Assembly: GCA_013697625.1 (NCBI GenBank)
Contig: JACCWN010000133.1
Span: 32,442 to 96,441 of the forward strand
Source of the DNA: Legionella sp.
Lineage (GTDB): Bacteria; Pseudomonadota; Gammaproteobacteria; Legionellales; Legionellaceae
Length of the DNA stretch: 64,000 nt
Reading direction: 5' to 3'
Within the stretch, counting starts at the first letter, position 1. Each line of letters opens with the position of its first letter. The translations under genes and the position numbers were made by a program. Of this stretch, positions 49,847-60,554 are shown one piece after another. Under the pieces are notes generated by a model that was given only the letters and a program-made list of their open reading frames with translations, did not search any database and was not told where the DNA came from.

Positions 49847-50667
49847 TAGCTCATCCTTAATAGTTCATTTATGCTTACTTTAGAGCGTGTTTGCTCGTCC
49901 ACCTGCTTTACAATGACGGCACAATATAAGCTGTGGCTATTGTCTTGAGATGGTAGGGAGCCTGCAACTACTACAGAACCCGCTGGAATTCGACCATAAC
50001 TGATAGTGCCTGTCTGACGATTATATATTTTAGTACTCTGGCCTAAGAATACACCCATGGATATAACCGAACCTCGTTCAACAATAACACCTTCCACAAC
50101 CTCAGACCGTGCACCAATAAAACAATTGTCTTCAATGATGGTGGGATTTGCTTGCAAGGGTTCTAATACTCCGCCTATGCCAACACCCCCTGAGAGATGA
50201 ACATGTTTCCCAATTTGTGCACAAGATCCCACGGTCGCCCAGGTATCAACCATTACACCCTCATCTATGTAGGCACCTATATTCACATAAGAGGGCATGA
50301 GTACAGTGTTTTTTGCAATGAAAGCACCACGACGGACCATGGCATGGGGCACAAGGCGTATTCCTGAAGCTTGGAATTGTTCTTGATTATGGTGTTTAAA
50401 TTTGAGTGGAACTTTATCATAAAAATTACAAAACCCGGCCTCAATAACTTCATTAGGAGTTAATTTGAAGGACAATAATACTGCTTTTTTGATCCATTGA
50501 TGGGTTATCCAATCTCCAGCTACAGGTTCTGCAACTCGTAATTGACCACTGTCTAGACAGGAAATCACATCCTCAATTGCGCTCAACAATTGGCTGCTGG
50601 CAGTTTCTAAAGTTAAGGTTTGTCTTTGTTCATAGGCTTGTTCAATGATAGTTTGCAAAGTATTCAT
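49846..50667 (-). CDS. dapD: 2,3,4,5-tetrahydropyridine-2,6-dicarboxylate N-succinyltransferase
   Basis: 273 aa with hexapeptide-repeat core and an N-terminal [11 protein letters not shown]...[14 protein letters not shown] block. Confidence 0.92.
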
Positions 50668-51566
50668 TCAAGTTCCAATTTAAGTGATGAAATCAAATTA
50701 TCTTTTTCCATCCATTTTTCGTTAAGCCAGTCTATAAATTTCGCTTTGGTTTGACTATGCTGCATTGATGATTCTAAAGTGAATTGTTTAGGAATGGGTA
50801 TTTGACGCACGTGTATGGTGACCTTAGAAATCCTCTTGCAAAGAAAATCCCATAAAGATGGCTTTTGGGGATAAATAATTGTCACATCTAGCATGCCTGT
50901 TAGTTGCTCACCCATGGCATTTAGAATAAATCCTATGCCCCCAGCTTTAGGTTTCAGCAAATATCTATAAGGTGAATTTTGTTGTGCCTTTTTTTGAGGA
51001 CTAAACCGTGTCCCCTCTACAAAATTCATAATAGAAGCAGGTTTTTTTTTAAATTTTTCAATGGCTTTGCGTGTCGAAATCAAATCCTTGCCTTGTTTGT
51101 GTGGGTTTTTTTCCAGATATTTTTTACTATATCGTTTCATAAAAGGGCAGCCCATAGCCCACCAGGAAAAACCAAGTAAGGGCACCCATTTGAGTTGATC
51201 TTTGATAAAAAATTTTAATATTGGGATTTTATGATTTAATAATCTTTGTAAAATGACGATATCAAGCCAGCTTTGATGATTTGCTATGACCAAATACCAA
51301 TGTTTGTTATCCAAATGCTCTAAACCTGATATTTGCCAGTGAATGGATTGAGTCTTATCTATGTACCAATTATTGGTATCACACCAACGGGTCACAATGG
51401 CATCCACCCCTTGGGTACACAAGGCTTGCCACCTTTCATTTGGGTATAATTTTAGAAGGCCCATAAATAATATTGGTATAAAGAAAATCGTTGTGGATAA
51501 AATTAAAACGAAGGTGGCGACAATTGCTTGAAATTGTCCTCCAGATGATTTGCACTGCATGTTCAT
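50664..51566 (-). CDS. lysophospholipid/glycerolipid acyltransferase (PlsC/YihG-like)
   Basis: N-terminal TM, HX4D motif NHQSWLDIV, and FVEGTRF block. Confidence 0.78.
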   Translation of the reverse strand: MNMQCKSSGGQFQAIVATFVLILSTTIFFIPILFMGLLKLYPNERWQALCTQGVDAIVTRWCDTNNWYIDKTQSIHWQISGLEHLDNKHWYLVIANHQSWLDIVILQRLLNHKIPILKFFIKDQLKWVPLLGFSWWAMGCPFMKRYSKKYLEKNPHKQGKDLISTRKAIEKFKKKPASIMNFVEGTRFSPQKKAQQNSPYRYLLKPKAGGIGFILNAMGEQLTGMLDVTIIYPQKPSLWDFLCKRISKVTIHVRQIPIPKQFTLESSMQHSQTKAKFIDWLNEKWMEKDNLISSLKLELE

Positions 51567-52727
51567 TTACAGCTCTCCTTTTAAGGCATAATCTAAATCA
51601 GCACGCAGATCATCTATGTTTTCTATGCCCACCGACAGTCTTACCAGGCCATCTTCAATACCCAATTGCTGGCGTTGTGCTAAAGGAATTGAAGCATGGG
51701 TCATGATGGCTGGATGTTCAATGAGACTCTCCACGCCACCTAAACTCTCAGCCAAGGTGAAAAGCTCACACCTTGCCAAAAATATCTTTGCCGCTTCAAG
51801 CCCACCTTTGATAATAACCGTTATCATACCACCAAAGGCATGCATTTGCTGTATTGCCAAAGCATTTTGAGGGTGGCTTTTTAAGCCTGGATAAATAACC
51901 TTAGCAATTTTAGGATGTGCTGAAAGCCAGTCTGCTAAATAGGCTGCATTTTCACAATGTCTTTGCATGCGAATCGACAATGTTTTAAGGCTTCTTAATA
52001 CTAAAAAACTGTCAAATGGACTTGCAATGGCACCACAGGCGTTTTGTAAAAAACCCACTTGATCAACCAAACGGGGGTTGTCCCCAACGACCACCACTCC
52101 TGAGATAACATCGGAATGACCATTTAAATATTTTGTTGCAGAATGAATTACAAGATCAAATCCAAGTTCTAAAGGACGTTGAATCCATGGCGTAGCAAAG
52201 GTATTATCTACCACAGAAATAAGGTCATGTTTTTTAGCAATTTGTACAATTTCCCTTAGATTAGCTAATTTTAGCATGGGATTAGAAGGCGTCTCAACCC
52301 ATAGTAATTTAGTTTTTGGTGTGATGGCAGCTTCTATATTTTTGGAATCAGTCATATCCACAAAGGAAAAAGATAAATTGGAACAGCGTTTTTTTACTTT
52401 ATCAAAGACTCTGAAAGTACCTCCATACAGATCATCAGTGGCTATAACATGATCGCCTGAATCTAATATATCAATGACCGTATTAATGGCGGCCATCCCA
52501 GATGCAAAAGCAAATCCTTTGGTTCCCGACTCTAAACTTGCTACACAATCTTCGTATGCAAAGCGGGTAGGATTTTGAGTTCGAGAATATTCAAAACCTT
52601 GATGCTCACCAGGTGCAATTTGTTTGTAGGTGGAGGTAGCATAAATAGGGGTCATAACAGCCCCTGTGCTAGGACAAGGTGCTTGACCAGCATGAATTGC
52701 ACGAGTATCAAAATGATTGATTTTCAT
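51567..52727 (-). CDS. Cys/Met-metabolism PLP-dependent enzyme (cystathionine gamma-synthase/beta-lyase family)
   Basis: FDTRAIHAGQ...TPIYATSTY N-terminus and PLP-lysine block HSATKYLNGHSD. 386 aa. Confidence 0.85.
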   Translation of the reverse strand: MKINHFDTRAIHAGQAPCPSTGAVMTPIYATSTYKQIAPGEHQGFEYSRTQNPTRFAYEDCVASLESGTKGFAFASGMAAINTVIDILDSGDHVIATDDLYGGTFRVFDKVKKRCSNLSFSFVDMTDSKNIEAAITPKTKLLWVETPSNPMLKLANLREIVQIAKKHDLISVVDNTFATPWIQRPLELGFDLVIHSATKYLNGHSDVISGVVVVGDNPRLVDQVGFLQNACGAIASPFDSFLVLRSLKTLSIRMQRHCENAAYLADWLSAHPKIAKVIYPGLKSHPQNALAIQQMHAFGGMITVIIKGGLEAAKIFLARCELFTLAESLGGVESLIEHPAIMTHASIPLAQRQQLGIEDGLVRLSVGIENIDDLRADLDYALKGEL

Positions 52728-52798
52728 TGTAGTCCCTTATTAAAGTTTTTATTCCAGCAGCCGCTATAATTATAGAAAGACATTCTAGTGAGTGCTGT

Positions 52799-55102
52799 AT
52801 GAATAGGCAAGAAATCAAGTATGAAAAAGTTGCTGCAGCAGCTGAAAAATTGAAAAAATTAGGCAAAGAGCCTTCGGTTACTGATATCTGTGAAGCATTA
52901 GAAATCTTAGGCAATCAACCCCCTGAATTATCAGTTCTGCTTGAGCAATGGTACCATAATCAGCCTGAATTCAAGCGAACCACAACCACACCTAATCTAA
53001 CAAAAACAATGATAGACAAAAACACTGAACTGGAGCGCTCCCTATCCCTACTTCGTGCAACATTAGAGTCGACTGCGGATGGTATCATGATGGTAAATGG
53101 CCATGGAGCAGTAGTGGACTGGAATCAGAAATTCGTTGAAATGTGGCGGATACCTTCTTATATGATGGAGTCTGGTAAGGAGAGCATCAGCTTTGATTAT
53201 ATCCTTGAGCAATTAGCAGACCCACAAACCTTGATCTCAGATGTCCAATATTTGTATAAAAATCCTGAATGGCAAGGTGAATTACCTGAATTGAATTTTA
53301 AGGATGGTCGCATTTATGAACGGTTCACACAACCACAAAGGGTAGGTAAGGAAATAGTAGGTCGGGTGTATAGTTTCAGAGATGTTACTCAAAAAAGAAT
53401 TGCAGAAGATGAGCTACGTATACGTGAGCGGGCAGTTGAAGCAAGTTCTCATGGTATTGCTATCATTGATATCAGTAATCATGATAATAAAATAATTTAT
53501 ATCAATAAGGCCTTCGAGCGCATCACAGGTTACACCGAAAAACAAGTTTTAAGAAAGAACTTAAATACATTATTTGGTTCAGATTTCGAATCAGTTAATA
53601 CAAAAAGGATTGAGCTTGCATTTCGAGAATTTCGTGAAGAAAAAGTTGAAATTGAAAGTATCAAGCGTAATGGGGAGCTTTTCTGGTGCGAGATATCTGT
53701 CGCACCAGTGCAAGATTCTTTTGGTAATGTCAAACATTATGTCTGTATTTTTAATGACATAACACAGCGCCGTGATATGGAAAATCAATTGGTGCGCCAA
53801 GCGACATTTGACTCATTAACCAATCTACCCAATCGAGTGCTCCTAATGGATAGGGTGGAGCAGGCCATATTGATAGCTAAAAAAAATAAAACATTATTGG
53901 CTATTTTATTTCTAGATTTGGATAGATTTAAATTAACAAATGATGCTTTGGGCCATAGCATGGGAGATAAATTATTACAGTCCATAGCGAATAAATTATT
54001 AGGTTTTACAGATGATTTTGATACTGTCGCCAGGTTGGGTGGGGATGAATTTGTTATCTTATTGACTAACATAGAAAGTATGCAGCAAGCCGAAAAAAAA
54101 ACACAAGACATTTTACATGGTATTGAAAAAACCATTCAAATTGACAAACATAATATCAATATCACAGGAAGTATAGGCATAAGTTTTTACCCACAAGATG
54201 GTCAAGATTACGAAGCCTTAATGAAAAGCGCAGATTTATCAATGTATCACGCGAAAGATAAAGGTAGGAATAATTACAGGGTTTATGAACCAGAAATGAA
54301 TAGACGTGTGATAAATCACATGCTGTTAGACAATGCTTTAAGAGATGCCTTGAAAGACAATGAGTTGTACATGGTTTATCAACCCTTGATTGATTTGAAA
54401 CAATCAAAGGTTGTCGGTTTTGAAGCTTTGATGCGTTGGCACAGTAAACTCCTGGGACAAGTAAGTCCGGTTGAGTTTATCCCTATGGCTGAGGAAAATG
54501 GGTTAATTATTGAGATGGGAGAATGGGCATTAGAAGAGTCTTGTAGCCAAATGGTTAAGTGGCAAAAACAAGGCCTTAAAAATCTAAGTGTTGCTGTTAA
54601 TATTTCTGGTCGTCAATTTCGTAACAGTAACTTACCAGAAATTATAGGACGAGTCATCAAGAAGACAGGTCTGCTGCCTAAGTTTCTGGAGCTTGAATTA
54701 ACTGAAAGTTTATTAATTGAAGATATAGAACATGTGGTTGAAACTATGCATGCCTTAAAAAGAATGGGGACCACCTTGGTTATTGATGATTTTGGGACAG
54801 GGTATTCTAGTTTATCTTATCTTAAGCAGTTTCCAGTGGATAAATTAAAGATTGATCGTTCATTTATTTCTGAAATGGTACATAACCAAAATGATGCCTC
54901 TATTGCTAAGGCTATCATCAACTTAGGACATAGTTTGAATATATCTGTCTTAGCTGAAGGCGTTGAAACCGAATTTCAGCGAGATATACTCATTGCCCAA
55001 GGCTGTGATTATGCACAAGGTTATTTTTATAAGATACCCGATACCCCAACCAATATTTTCAACTTTTTGAAAAGATTACCCCAGGCCAAATTTGACGACT
55101 GA
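52799..55102 (+). CDS. c-di-GMP turnover protein: KfrA_N-like N-terminus, 2 PAS, GGDEF, EAL
   Basis: RLGGDEFVILL (GGDEF), FEALMRW, and DDFGTGYSSLSYL and QGYFY (EAL). Two PAS-like blocks (SADGIMMV..., SSHGIAIID...). Confidence 0.9.
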   Translation: MNRQEIKYEKVAAAAEKLKKLGKEPSVTDICEALEILGNQPPELSVLLEQWYHNQPEFKRTTTTPNLTKTMIDKNTELERSLSLLRATLESTADGIMMVNGHGAVVDWNQKFVEMWRIPSYMMESGKESISFDYILEQLADPQTLISDVQYLYKNPEWQGELPELNFKDGRIYERFTQPQRVGKEIVGRVYSFRDVTQKRIAEDELRIRERAVEASSHGIAIIDISNHDNKIIYINKAFERITGYTEKQVLRKNLNTLFGSDFESVNTKRIELAFREFREEKVEIESIKRNGELFWCEISVAPVQDSFGNVKHYVCIFNDITQRRDMENQLVRQATFDSLTNLPNRVLLMDRVEQAILIAKKNKTLLAILFLDLDRFKLTNDALGHSMGDKLLQSIANKLLGFTDDFDTVARLGGDEFVILLTNIESMQQAEKKTQDILHGIEKTIQIDKHNINITGSIGISFYPQDGQDYEALMKSADLSMYHAKDKGRNNYRVYEPEMNRRVINHMLLDNALRDALKDNELYMVYQPLIDLKQSKVVGFEALMRWHSKLLGQVSPVEFIPMAEENGLIIEMGEWALEESCSQMVKWQKQGLKNLSVAVNISGRQFRNSNLPEIIGRVIKKTGLLPKFLELELTESLLIEDIEHVVETMHALKRMGTTLVIDDFGTGYSSLSYLKQFPVDKLKIDRSFISEMVHNQNDASIAKAIINLGHSLNISVLAEGVETEFQRDILIAQGCDYAQGYFYKIPDTPTNIFNFLKRLPQAKFDD

Positions 55103-55237
55103 ACTGGGTAAACGTGCTTAGGCTGTTAAAATCCTCCGATACCATTTAGATTAGCTTTATAACTACAATCACTTAAGTGCCCAAAAATGAACCGATTGGA
55201 CTGAGTAAGTCTGCGAAAGGGCTGTCACGAGGTCTGA

Positions 55238-55843
55238 CTAGACATGTATTTTGATTAGCATACGAACTTGAGGATTATCAAGATAATACACTGTATCAGG
55301 CAATAATCGTTGTTTTTGTATAACTGTAAAAACGGCTTGAGGATTTTGTGGAGATGCACATTGTAGCTCTGCCTCTAAGGCATAAAAATTAGTTTGCACA
55401 ATCCGCAGGCGACCTTTTATATTCCACCCTTGTGACTTAATATTTGGTATAGCAATGCTGCTTTGATTATTTTTAGGTTGTCGCCAAGAATAGTTTGCAA
55501 GAATTCTATACTTAGATTTATGGGTTAAAAGGTAATATTCATTTTTTAAACTTGAGTCCGAAGGTGCTAGTAACTGATAAAGTCCTGTCTTTTTGAGTTT
55601 GATAACTTCTTTACCAACCGGAACAAAGGGTGAATCTATCTCTCTATGTTTAGCAAAGGTTGGATGCTTTGCAAAAATAATTAAATCCACCTGATAGCTC
55701 GAATTTGCTGAAACTGTTTGTGGTAATAAACAACAATATAAAAACATTCTAACTACCCACAAACAAAGGGGTCTATAGTTAGTGTTCTTTCTAGGCGTCC
55801 GGGCGTAGTTGTGCTCTTGCATACGGTCCTTGTAGATATTCAT
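55238..55843 (-). CDS. hypothetical periplasmic protein downstream of rapA (possibly CsiV/DUF2803-like)
   Basis: Internal signal-like segment MFLYCCLLPQTVSA (alternative start ATG 55747) followed by YQVDLIIFAK. The family assignment is from memory only. Confidence 0.45.
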   Translation of the reverse strand: MNIYKDRMQEHNYARTPRKNTNYRPLCLWVVRMFLYCCLLPQTVSANSSYQVDLIIFAKHPTFAKHREIDSPFVPVGKEVIKLKKTGLYQLLAPSDSSLKNEYYLLTHKSKYRILANYSWRQPKNNQSSIAIPNIKSQGWNIKGRLRIVQTNFYALEAELQCASPQNPQAVFTVIQKQRLLPDTVYYLDNPQVRMLIKIHV

Positions 55844-55860
55844 GGATGAATCCTTTCACA

Positions 55861-58698
55861 CTATTTATTGATAACCACTCGTATGGCTTGTAACTGCAAA
55901 GTCCCCTGATTTAAAATCTGTTCGCTGTCTTTGATTTGAACTTTTAAAAAACTGATTTCATCATCACGAATGGATGCATTGAATTTTTGCAAGTTTTCTA
56001 ACCGAGTAATCTCATGATCTAAAAAATCCCTCATGTGGTGCCTGGCCGAGCCAATTTCCGTCATCATCTGTATTTCTGCAGCCGCATTTGAATGTTTTAA
56101 AATGGTTTCGATATGGTCGCGTAATTGTGTTATGACAGCATATCCTAAATGTCGTTTTACGGGGACACATAATTGATTTAATTTGTCATAATCCAGTATC
56201 TTAGATAAATTTTTACCAGATATATCCATAAATAACCGAATGGGTGTTAGTGGTAAAAAGCGCTCCAGTTGGAGATGCTTAGGTGCAGCACAATTGATGG
56301 TATAAAAAGTTTCTAAAAATAATGTCCCAGGCGCAATACTTGGAATCGAGATGGTTGTAAGGGTAGCATTGCCTAATTCAGAATCCACAATCATTTCCAT
56401 AGATTCATACACCATAGGATGCTCCCAACTTAAAAATTGCATATCTTCACGTACCAGGGCTTTTTTTCTAGAATAGGTAATGGTCGTTTCTTCTTCATTA
56501 AGACCAGGGAAATGACCAATGTGCATATGTGTTGTTGGACGTACAATTTCAGTATTTTCAGAATGATGCTCCTGATCGATGCCATATTCTTGAAAGACTT
56601 TTGACATATAGTTTTCCAACTCAATACTGTTTTCTTCTTTTTCAATTAGCGAAATGAGCTCTTCAGCTTTGGCTAAATTACAAGAATTTAATTCCAGTAA
56701 TTTATCGCGACCTTCGCTCAAAGCTTGATTCAACTTGTCTGTATAAGCTTTTGTTTGTTTGATTAAGTTAACAAAATGATGATTGTCAATAGTAGTTGGC
56801 GCCATTAAAAAAGCAGTCAGCTGAACTTTAAAATTTTCAAAGATGGAATTGGCAACAGAACAGCTTTTTTCAAATGAATGGATGCCCTCATGATACCAAT
56901 GAAATAAGACTTCTTGAGCTGTATCCATCAAATAAGGCACATGAATTTGAATGGTTTGACGCTGGCCTATTCTGTCCAACCGACCAATGCGCTGTTCCAA
57001 TAAATCAGGATTTAAGGGTAAATCAAAGAGAACCAGGTGATGTGAGAATTGAAAATTTCTGCCCTCACTACCAATTTCAGAACAAATAAGGGTTTGAGCA
57101 CCCTCGTTTTCCTCAGAAAAATAAGCAGCAGCCCGGTCACGTTCTATTATTGTTAGCCCTTCATGAAAAGCGGCACTGCGAATACCTAAGGTTCTTTTAA
57201 AATGGTGTTCTAATGCAACGGCTGTACTTGCTTTTGAACAAATCACAAGTACTTTTTCAGGATAAAGCTCCTTTATTTTCGCAGCCAGCCATTCAACACG
57301 AGGATCTACTACAATCCAGATTTGCTCACTGACTGATAATTCGGGATATAAGGTTGTGATTTCATTTTGTTCAATTTCAACTTTATAAATGTCTGGACAA
57401 AGCAGGGGATATGCATGCAATAAACGTTCAGGAAATCCAGAAATTGCAGCCCTGGTATTTCTAAAGAGTACGCGTCCGGTTCCATGCCTGTCTAGGAGAT
57501 CGCCAATGACGTCGTGGACCGTATCAGGTATTTTATTATCAAAATATGGTTCTAAATTTTTTTTAAAATCAGCATGTATTGTATCAGTTTGGGCAGATTC
57601 TTGGTAATCAAGTAAATTTTGTACAATGGTACTTATATGTTTGTATTTTTCTTCCTCCTCTCTAAATAAGTTAAAATCATGAAACCGTGCTGGATCCAAT
57701 AATTTTAACCGCGAAAAATGGCTTTGAATGCCAACCTGTTCTGGAGTAGCTGTCAGCAGTAATAAACCTTTTGACTGTGAGGCTATTTGTTCGATACAAG
57801 CATACTCAGGACTTTTTTCTTTTTCAGACCAATGTAGATGATGTGCTTCATCTACCACAAGTAGATCCCAATGCGTGTCAGTCGCCTGCTCAAGAACAAG
57901 TGGTTTAGACATAAGAAAATCCAAACTACATAAAATAAGCTGTTCTGTTTCAAAAAAATTGTCATGCATAGATTCAGAATCAGGTGAATTCGTTTCATCA
58001 TATCGACTTTGATCAAAAATTGAGAAATTCAAATTAAACCGTCTACGCATCTCCACAAACCATTGATGAATCAATGTATTAGGTACCACAATTAATACAC
58101 GTCGGGCTCGACCGGTGTATAACTGATAATGTAGAATCATTCCAGCTTCAATTGTTTTACCTAAACCCACTTCATCAGCAAGTAATACCCGAGGCGCATG
58201 ACGTTGAGCTACTTCGTGAGCAATGTAAATTTGATGGGCTATGTGTTTTGTTCGCGCACCAAGCAAGCCTTGTGTTTTAGACCGCTGAAGCCGACTGAGG
58301 TGGTTAAGAGTTTCTATGCGTAATTTGAAAGCATTCAATTTATCCAATAAACCACTAAAAAGCCTTTGTTGTGGCGTACTTAACTTTATATAGGAGCTAA
58401 GTTCTAACTCATGTATTTTAAACTCGGTTCCATGTTCATCCAAAGCAATATATAGCAATAGGCCTTGTTCTTCTTGGACACCACTGACAATGAGCTTTGT
58501 AAGCGTCGAGGTATTAATTTCTTCGCCTTCTTTGAAAATGATACGGCTTAAGGGCGCATTGTCTTTGGAATAAATTCTTTCTTCTTCTGCGGCTGGAAAG
58601 CTGATATGTACCTGCCTGCCATTTAACTCGGTAATAATACCCAAGCCAAGTTGAGATTCTGTATTACTGATCCAGCGTTGTCCAATTGTAAATACCAT
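55861..58698 (-). CDS. rapA: RNA polymerase-associated SWI2/SNF2 ATPase RapA (HepA)
   Basis: 945 aa. GQRWISNTESQLGLGII N-terminus, helicase motifs LLADEVGLGKTIEAG and DEAHHL, C-terminal helicase block GSEGRNFQF. Confidence 0.93.
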   Translation of the reverse strand: MVFTIGQRWISNTESQLGLGIITELNGRQVHISFPAAEEERIYSKDNAPLSRIIFKEGEEINTSTLTKLIVSGVQEEQGLLLYIALDEHGTEFKIHELELSSYIKLSTPQQRLFSGLLDKLNAFKLRIETLNHLSRLQRSKTQGLLGARTKHIAHQIYIAHEVAQRHAPRVLLADEVGLGKTIEAGMILHYQLYTGRARRVLIVVPNTLIHQWFVEMRRRFNLNFSIFDQSRYDETNSPDSESMHDNFFETEQLILCSLDFLMSKPLVLEQATDTHWDLLVVDEAHHLHWSEKEKSPEYACIEQIASQSKGLLLLTATPEQVGIQSHFSRLKLLDPARFHDFNLFREEEEKYKHISTIVQNLLDYQESAQTDTIHADFKKNLEPYFDNKIPDTVHDVIGDLLDRHGTGRVLFRNTRAAISGFPERLLHAYPLLCPDIYKVEIEQNEITTLYPELSVSEQIWIVVDPRVEWLAAKIKELYPEKVLVICSKASTAVALEHHFKRTLGIRSAAFHEGLTIIERDRAAAYFSEENEGAQTLICSEIGSEGRNFQFSHHLVLFDLPLNPDLLEQRIGRLDRIGQRQTIQIHVPYLMDTAQEVLFHWYHEGIHSFEKSCSVANSIFENFKVQLTAFLMAPTTIDNHHFVNLIKQTKAYTDKLNQALSEGRDKLLELNSCNLAKAEELISLIEKEENSIELENYMSKVFQEYGIDQEHHSENTEIVRPTTHMHIGHFPGLNEEETTITYSRKKALVREDMQFLSWEHPMVYESMEMIVDSELGNATLTTISIPSIAPGTLFLETFYTINCAAPKHLQLERFLPLTPIRLFMDISGKNLSKILDYDKLNQLCVPVKRHLGYAVITQLRDHIETILKHSNAAAEIQMMTEIGSARHHMRDFLDHEITRLENLQKFNASIRDDEISFLKVQIKDSEQILNQGTLQLQAIRVVINK

Positions 58699-58765
58699 AA
58701 ATAAAGAGTTCCTGTTTTTTTAGAAGGCGATTGTAGCAATTTTTGTTTTAATTCACATTATATTT

Positions 58766-59467
58766 TTAGACTGTAAAGGGTGGTGATCTGAAAGGTTTCA
58801 GAGATTCTGCAATGTGAATATAGAGCTCAGGTAACCATCGGGGTTGAGCAAAAGTTGAGGTTGCTGGTTTTTCATTACGAAGATCATTGGGTGCGATGAT
58901 GAGCTGGATGTTATTAAGACCAACCCTACGAGCTAAGACGAACAGTTGATCTATTGCTAAATCGCCAATGGCCAAACAACCAACAGAAAAGTTCTTTCCA
59001 TGAAGAAAAATATTGTTGCCTAATTCTTTTCGTCCATCTAAATAACCTTTTTGCTTGTCAAAGTTATTGGGGTAATTGATCATCATGGAAAGATGCATGC
59101 TGCTAAATGGATTAAAATTAACCAATTTGTAAACACCCTCAGGAATTTGTTTATCATTTAGCTTCAATTTTGGTCCAAGCCGTCCACTAAATGCAGTAAG
59201 AGGATAATTATGAATATGATGCCAAGAGTCATTGAAGTTTTTAGCCCAAAGTTCTACCCTACGTTCAGATTTAAAGGCGAGAATCCCAATCTCCTTTGGT
59301 GGATAACTAACTCCGGCTTTAACGAAAAAAGAAATTAGCTGAGGCTCAGCCCTTAAGCAATAGCGTTTTATGGCTTTCTCAATGGCATTATCCCAATTTA
59401 ATTTTGGCGCCATGGTGAACCCATTTGAGCCAAGAAACATTAAAAAAATTAGAAAAATAGATCGCAT
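58766..59467 (-). CDS. L,D-transpeptidase-family (YkuD/YafK-like) protein
   Basis: Signal peptide and the catalytic block IFLHGKNFSVGCLAIGD (His...Cys). Confidence 0.78.
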   Translation of the reverse strand: MRSIFLIFLMFLGSNGFTMAPKLNWDNAIEKAIKRYCLRAEPQLISFFVKAGVSYPPKEIGILAFKSERRVELWAKNFNDSWHHIHNYPLTAFSGRLGPKLKLNDKQIPEGVYKLVNFNPFSSMHLSMMINYPNNFDKQKGYLDGRKELGNNIFLHGKNFSVGCLAIGDLAIDQLFVLARRVGLNNIQLIIAPNDLRNEKPATSTFAQPRWLPELYIHIAESLKPFRSPPFTV

Positions 59468-59678
59468 AAAGAAAAAATCAGATAATTAGGCAGAGGTTCT
59501 AATCATAATCATAAGAAGAATTTGTTACAAGTTCTTCCGACTAAGTTGCGTGGACTTTATGCATGTGAAACTACAGATTAATTAATTAATTAACAGATTA
59601 TATGTTAATGGTTCTATCGAGTATGAGCTTTCTGTAAATAACAATAAATATCCTAGTATAGATTCTAGAATAACTAGG

Positions 59679-60257
59679 TTATGGCTCTTTTCCAGGGATA
59701 GATAGTTGTGAAGTAATAAAATTAGGTTTGTCGGCTAATTTTCCAATGGAAGGAATAAAGCCATAATGATTAGGGCACAAATAGTCAACAGAGCCATCTT
59801 GCGAAAATTTGTAAAAGATATAACGATAAGTACAATAACTGGCCTTCTCATGTAAAGCGACTTGGATAACCGGAGTGCCCTTAAGTCTATGTTCAATAAA
59901 AAAGGCATTCACCCATAAATTGATGCTTACAACCAGACAACCTATAAGAACCGCTGCTTTTAAAAAACTACTGGTGTATTTAAACAACATATTATCAACA
60001 CTTAAATGCGAAATAACACGGGCTAATGATAGGAATAAAACAATTAAATTGATGGAGTAAATACTGGCATTGGTATAATTGAAGTAATCTCCAAGTAAAT
60101 GACCACCTGAATATTCAAAATGGATTATTAAAGCTATAAGGCTGAGCCAAAGAGCAGAAATCACATAATAAATTGCTTGTCTGTTTATCCCAATAATTAA
60201 AAAAATTAAAGCAATTAATGGAAAGAGGCAGTGAATAGCTTGTGTTAAGATATACAT
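59679..60257 (-). CDS. hypothetical inner-membrane protein
   Basis: 192 aa with 4-5 hydrophobic helices and no recognisable motif. Confidence 0.5.
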   Translation of the reverse strand: MYILTQAIHCLFPLIALIFLIIGINRQAIYYVISALWLSLIALIIHFEYSGGHLLGDYFNYTNASIYSINLIVLFLSLARVISHLSVDNMLFKYTSSFLKAAVLIGCLVVSINLWVNAFFIEHRLKGTPVIQVALHEKASYCTYRYIFYKFSQDGSVDYLCPNHYGFIPSIGKLADKPNFITSQLSIPGKEP

Positions 60258-60554
60258 TGATTCAATCCTTGAATAGTGAATAAAGAAGCATCTAAAAATC
60301 CACGCCCCTGGGACGTAACGAAACTTAAACTTAAATCCTTTAAGTCCTGACTAGGGAGTACTATAAACGATACTACAAATTTAAGTATTGAAGATACCTT
60401 AAATAGCCTGAGCATTGCAAAATTAAAATCATCATATCAGTATTTATATTGGCTGGCTAGATCAGTGCATAGGTAAGGTCCCATGGTCAGCAAAATCATT
60501 GTTCCCTTAATAAAATTTGAGCAAAAATGCTAACAGCCCATCACAGAAGGCCTT

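Noticed and set aside
59571-59600. Short tandem (ttaa/taat)n run: cagattaattaattaattaacagatta.
   Set aside because: It has only about 4 units in AT-rich intergenic DNA and no evidence of function. It could at most be a slippage-prone tract.
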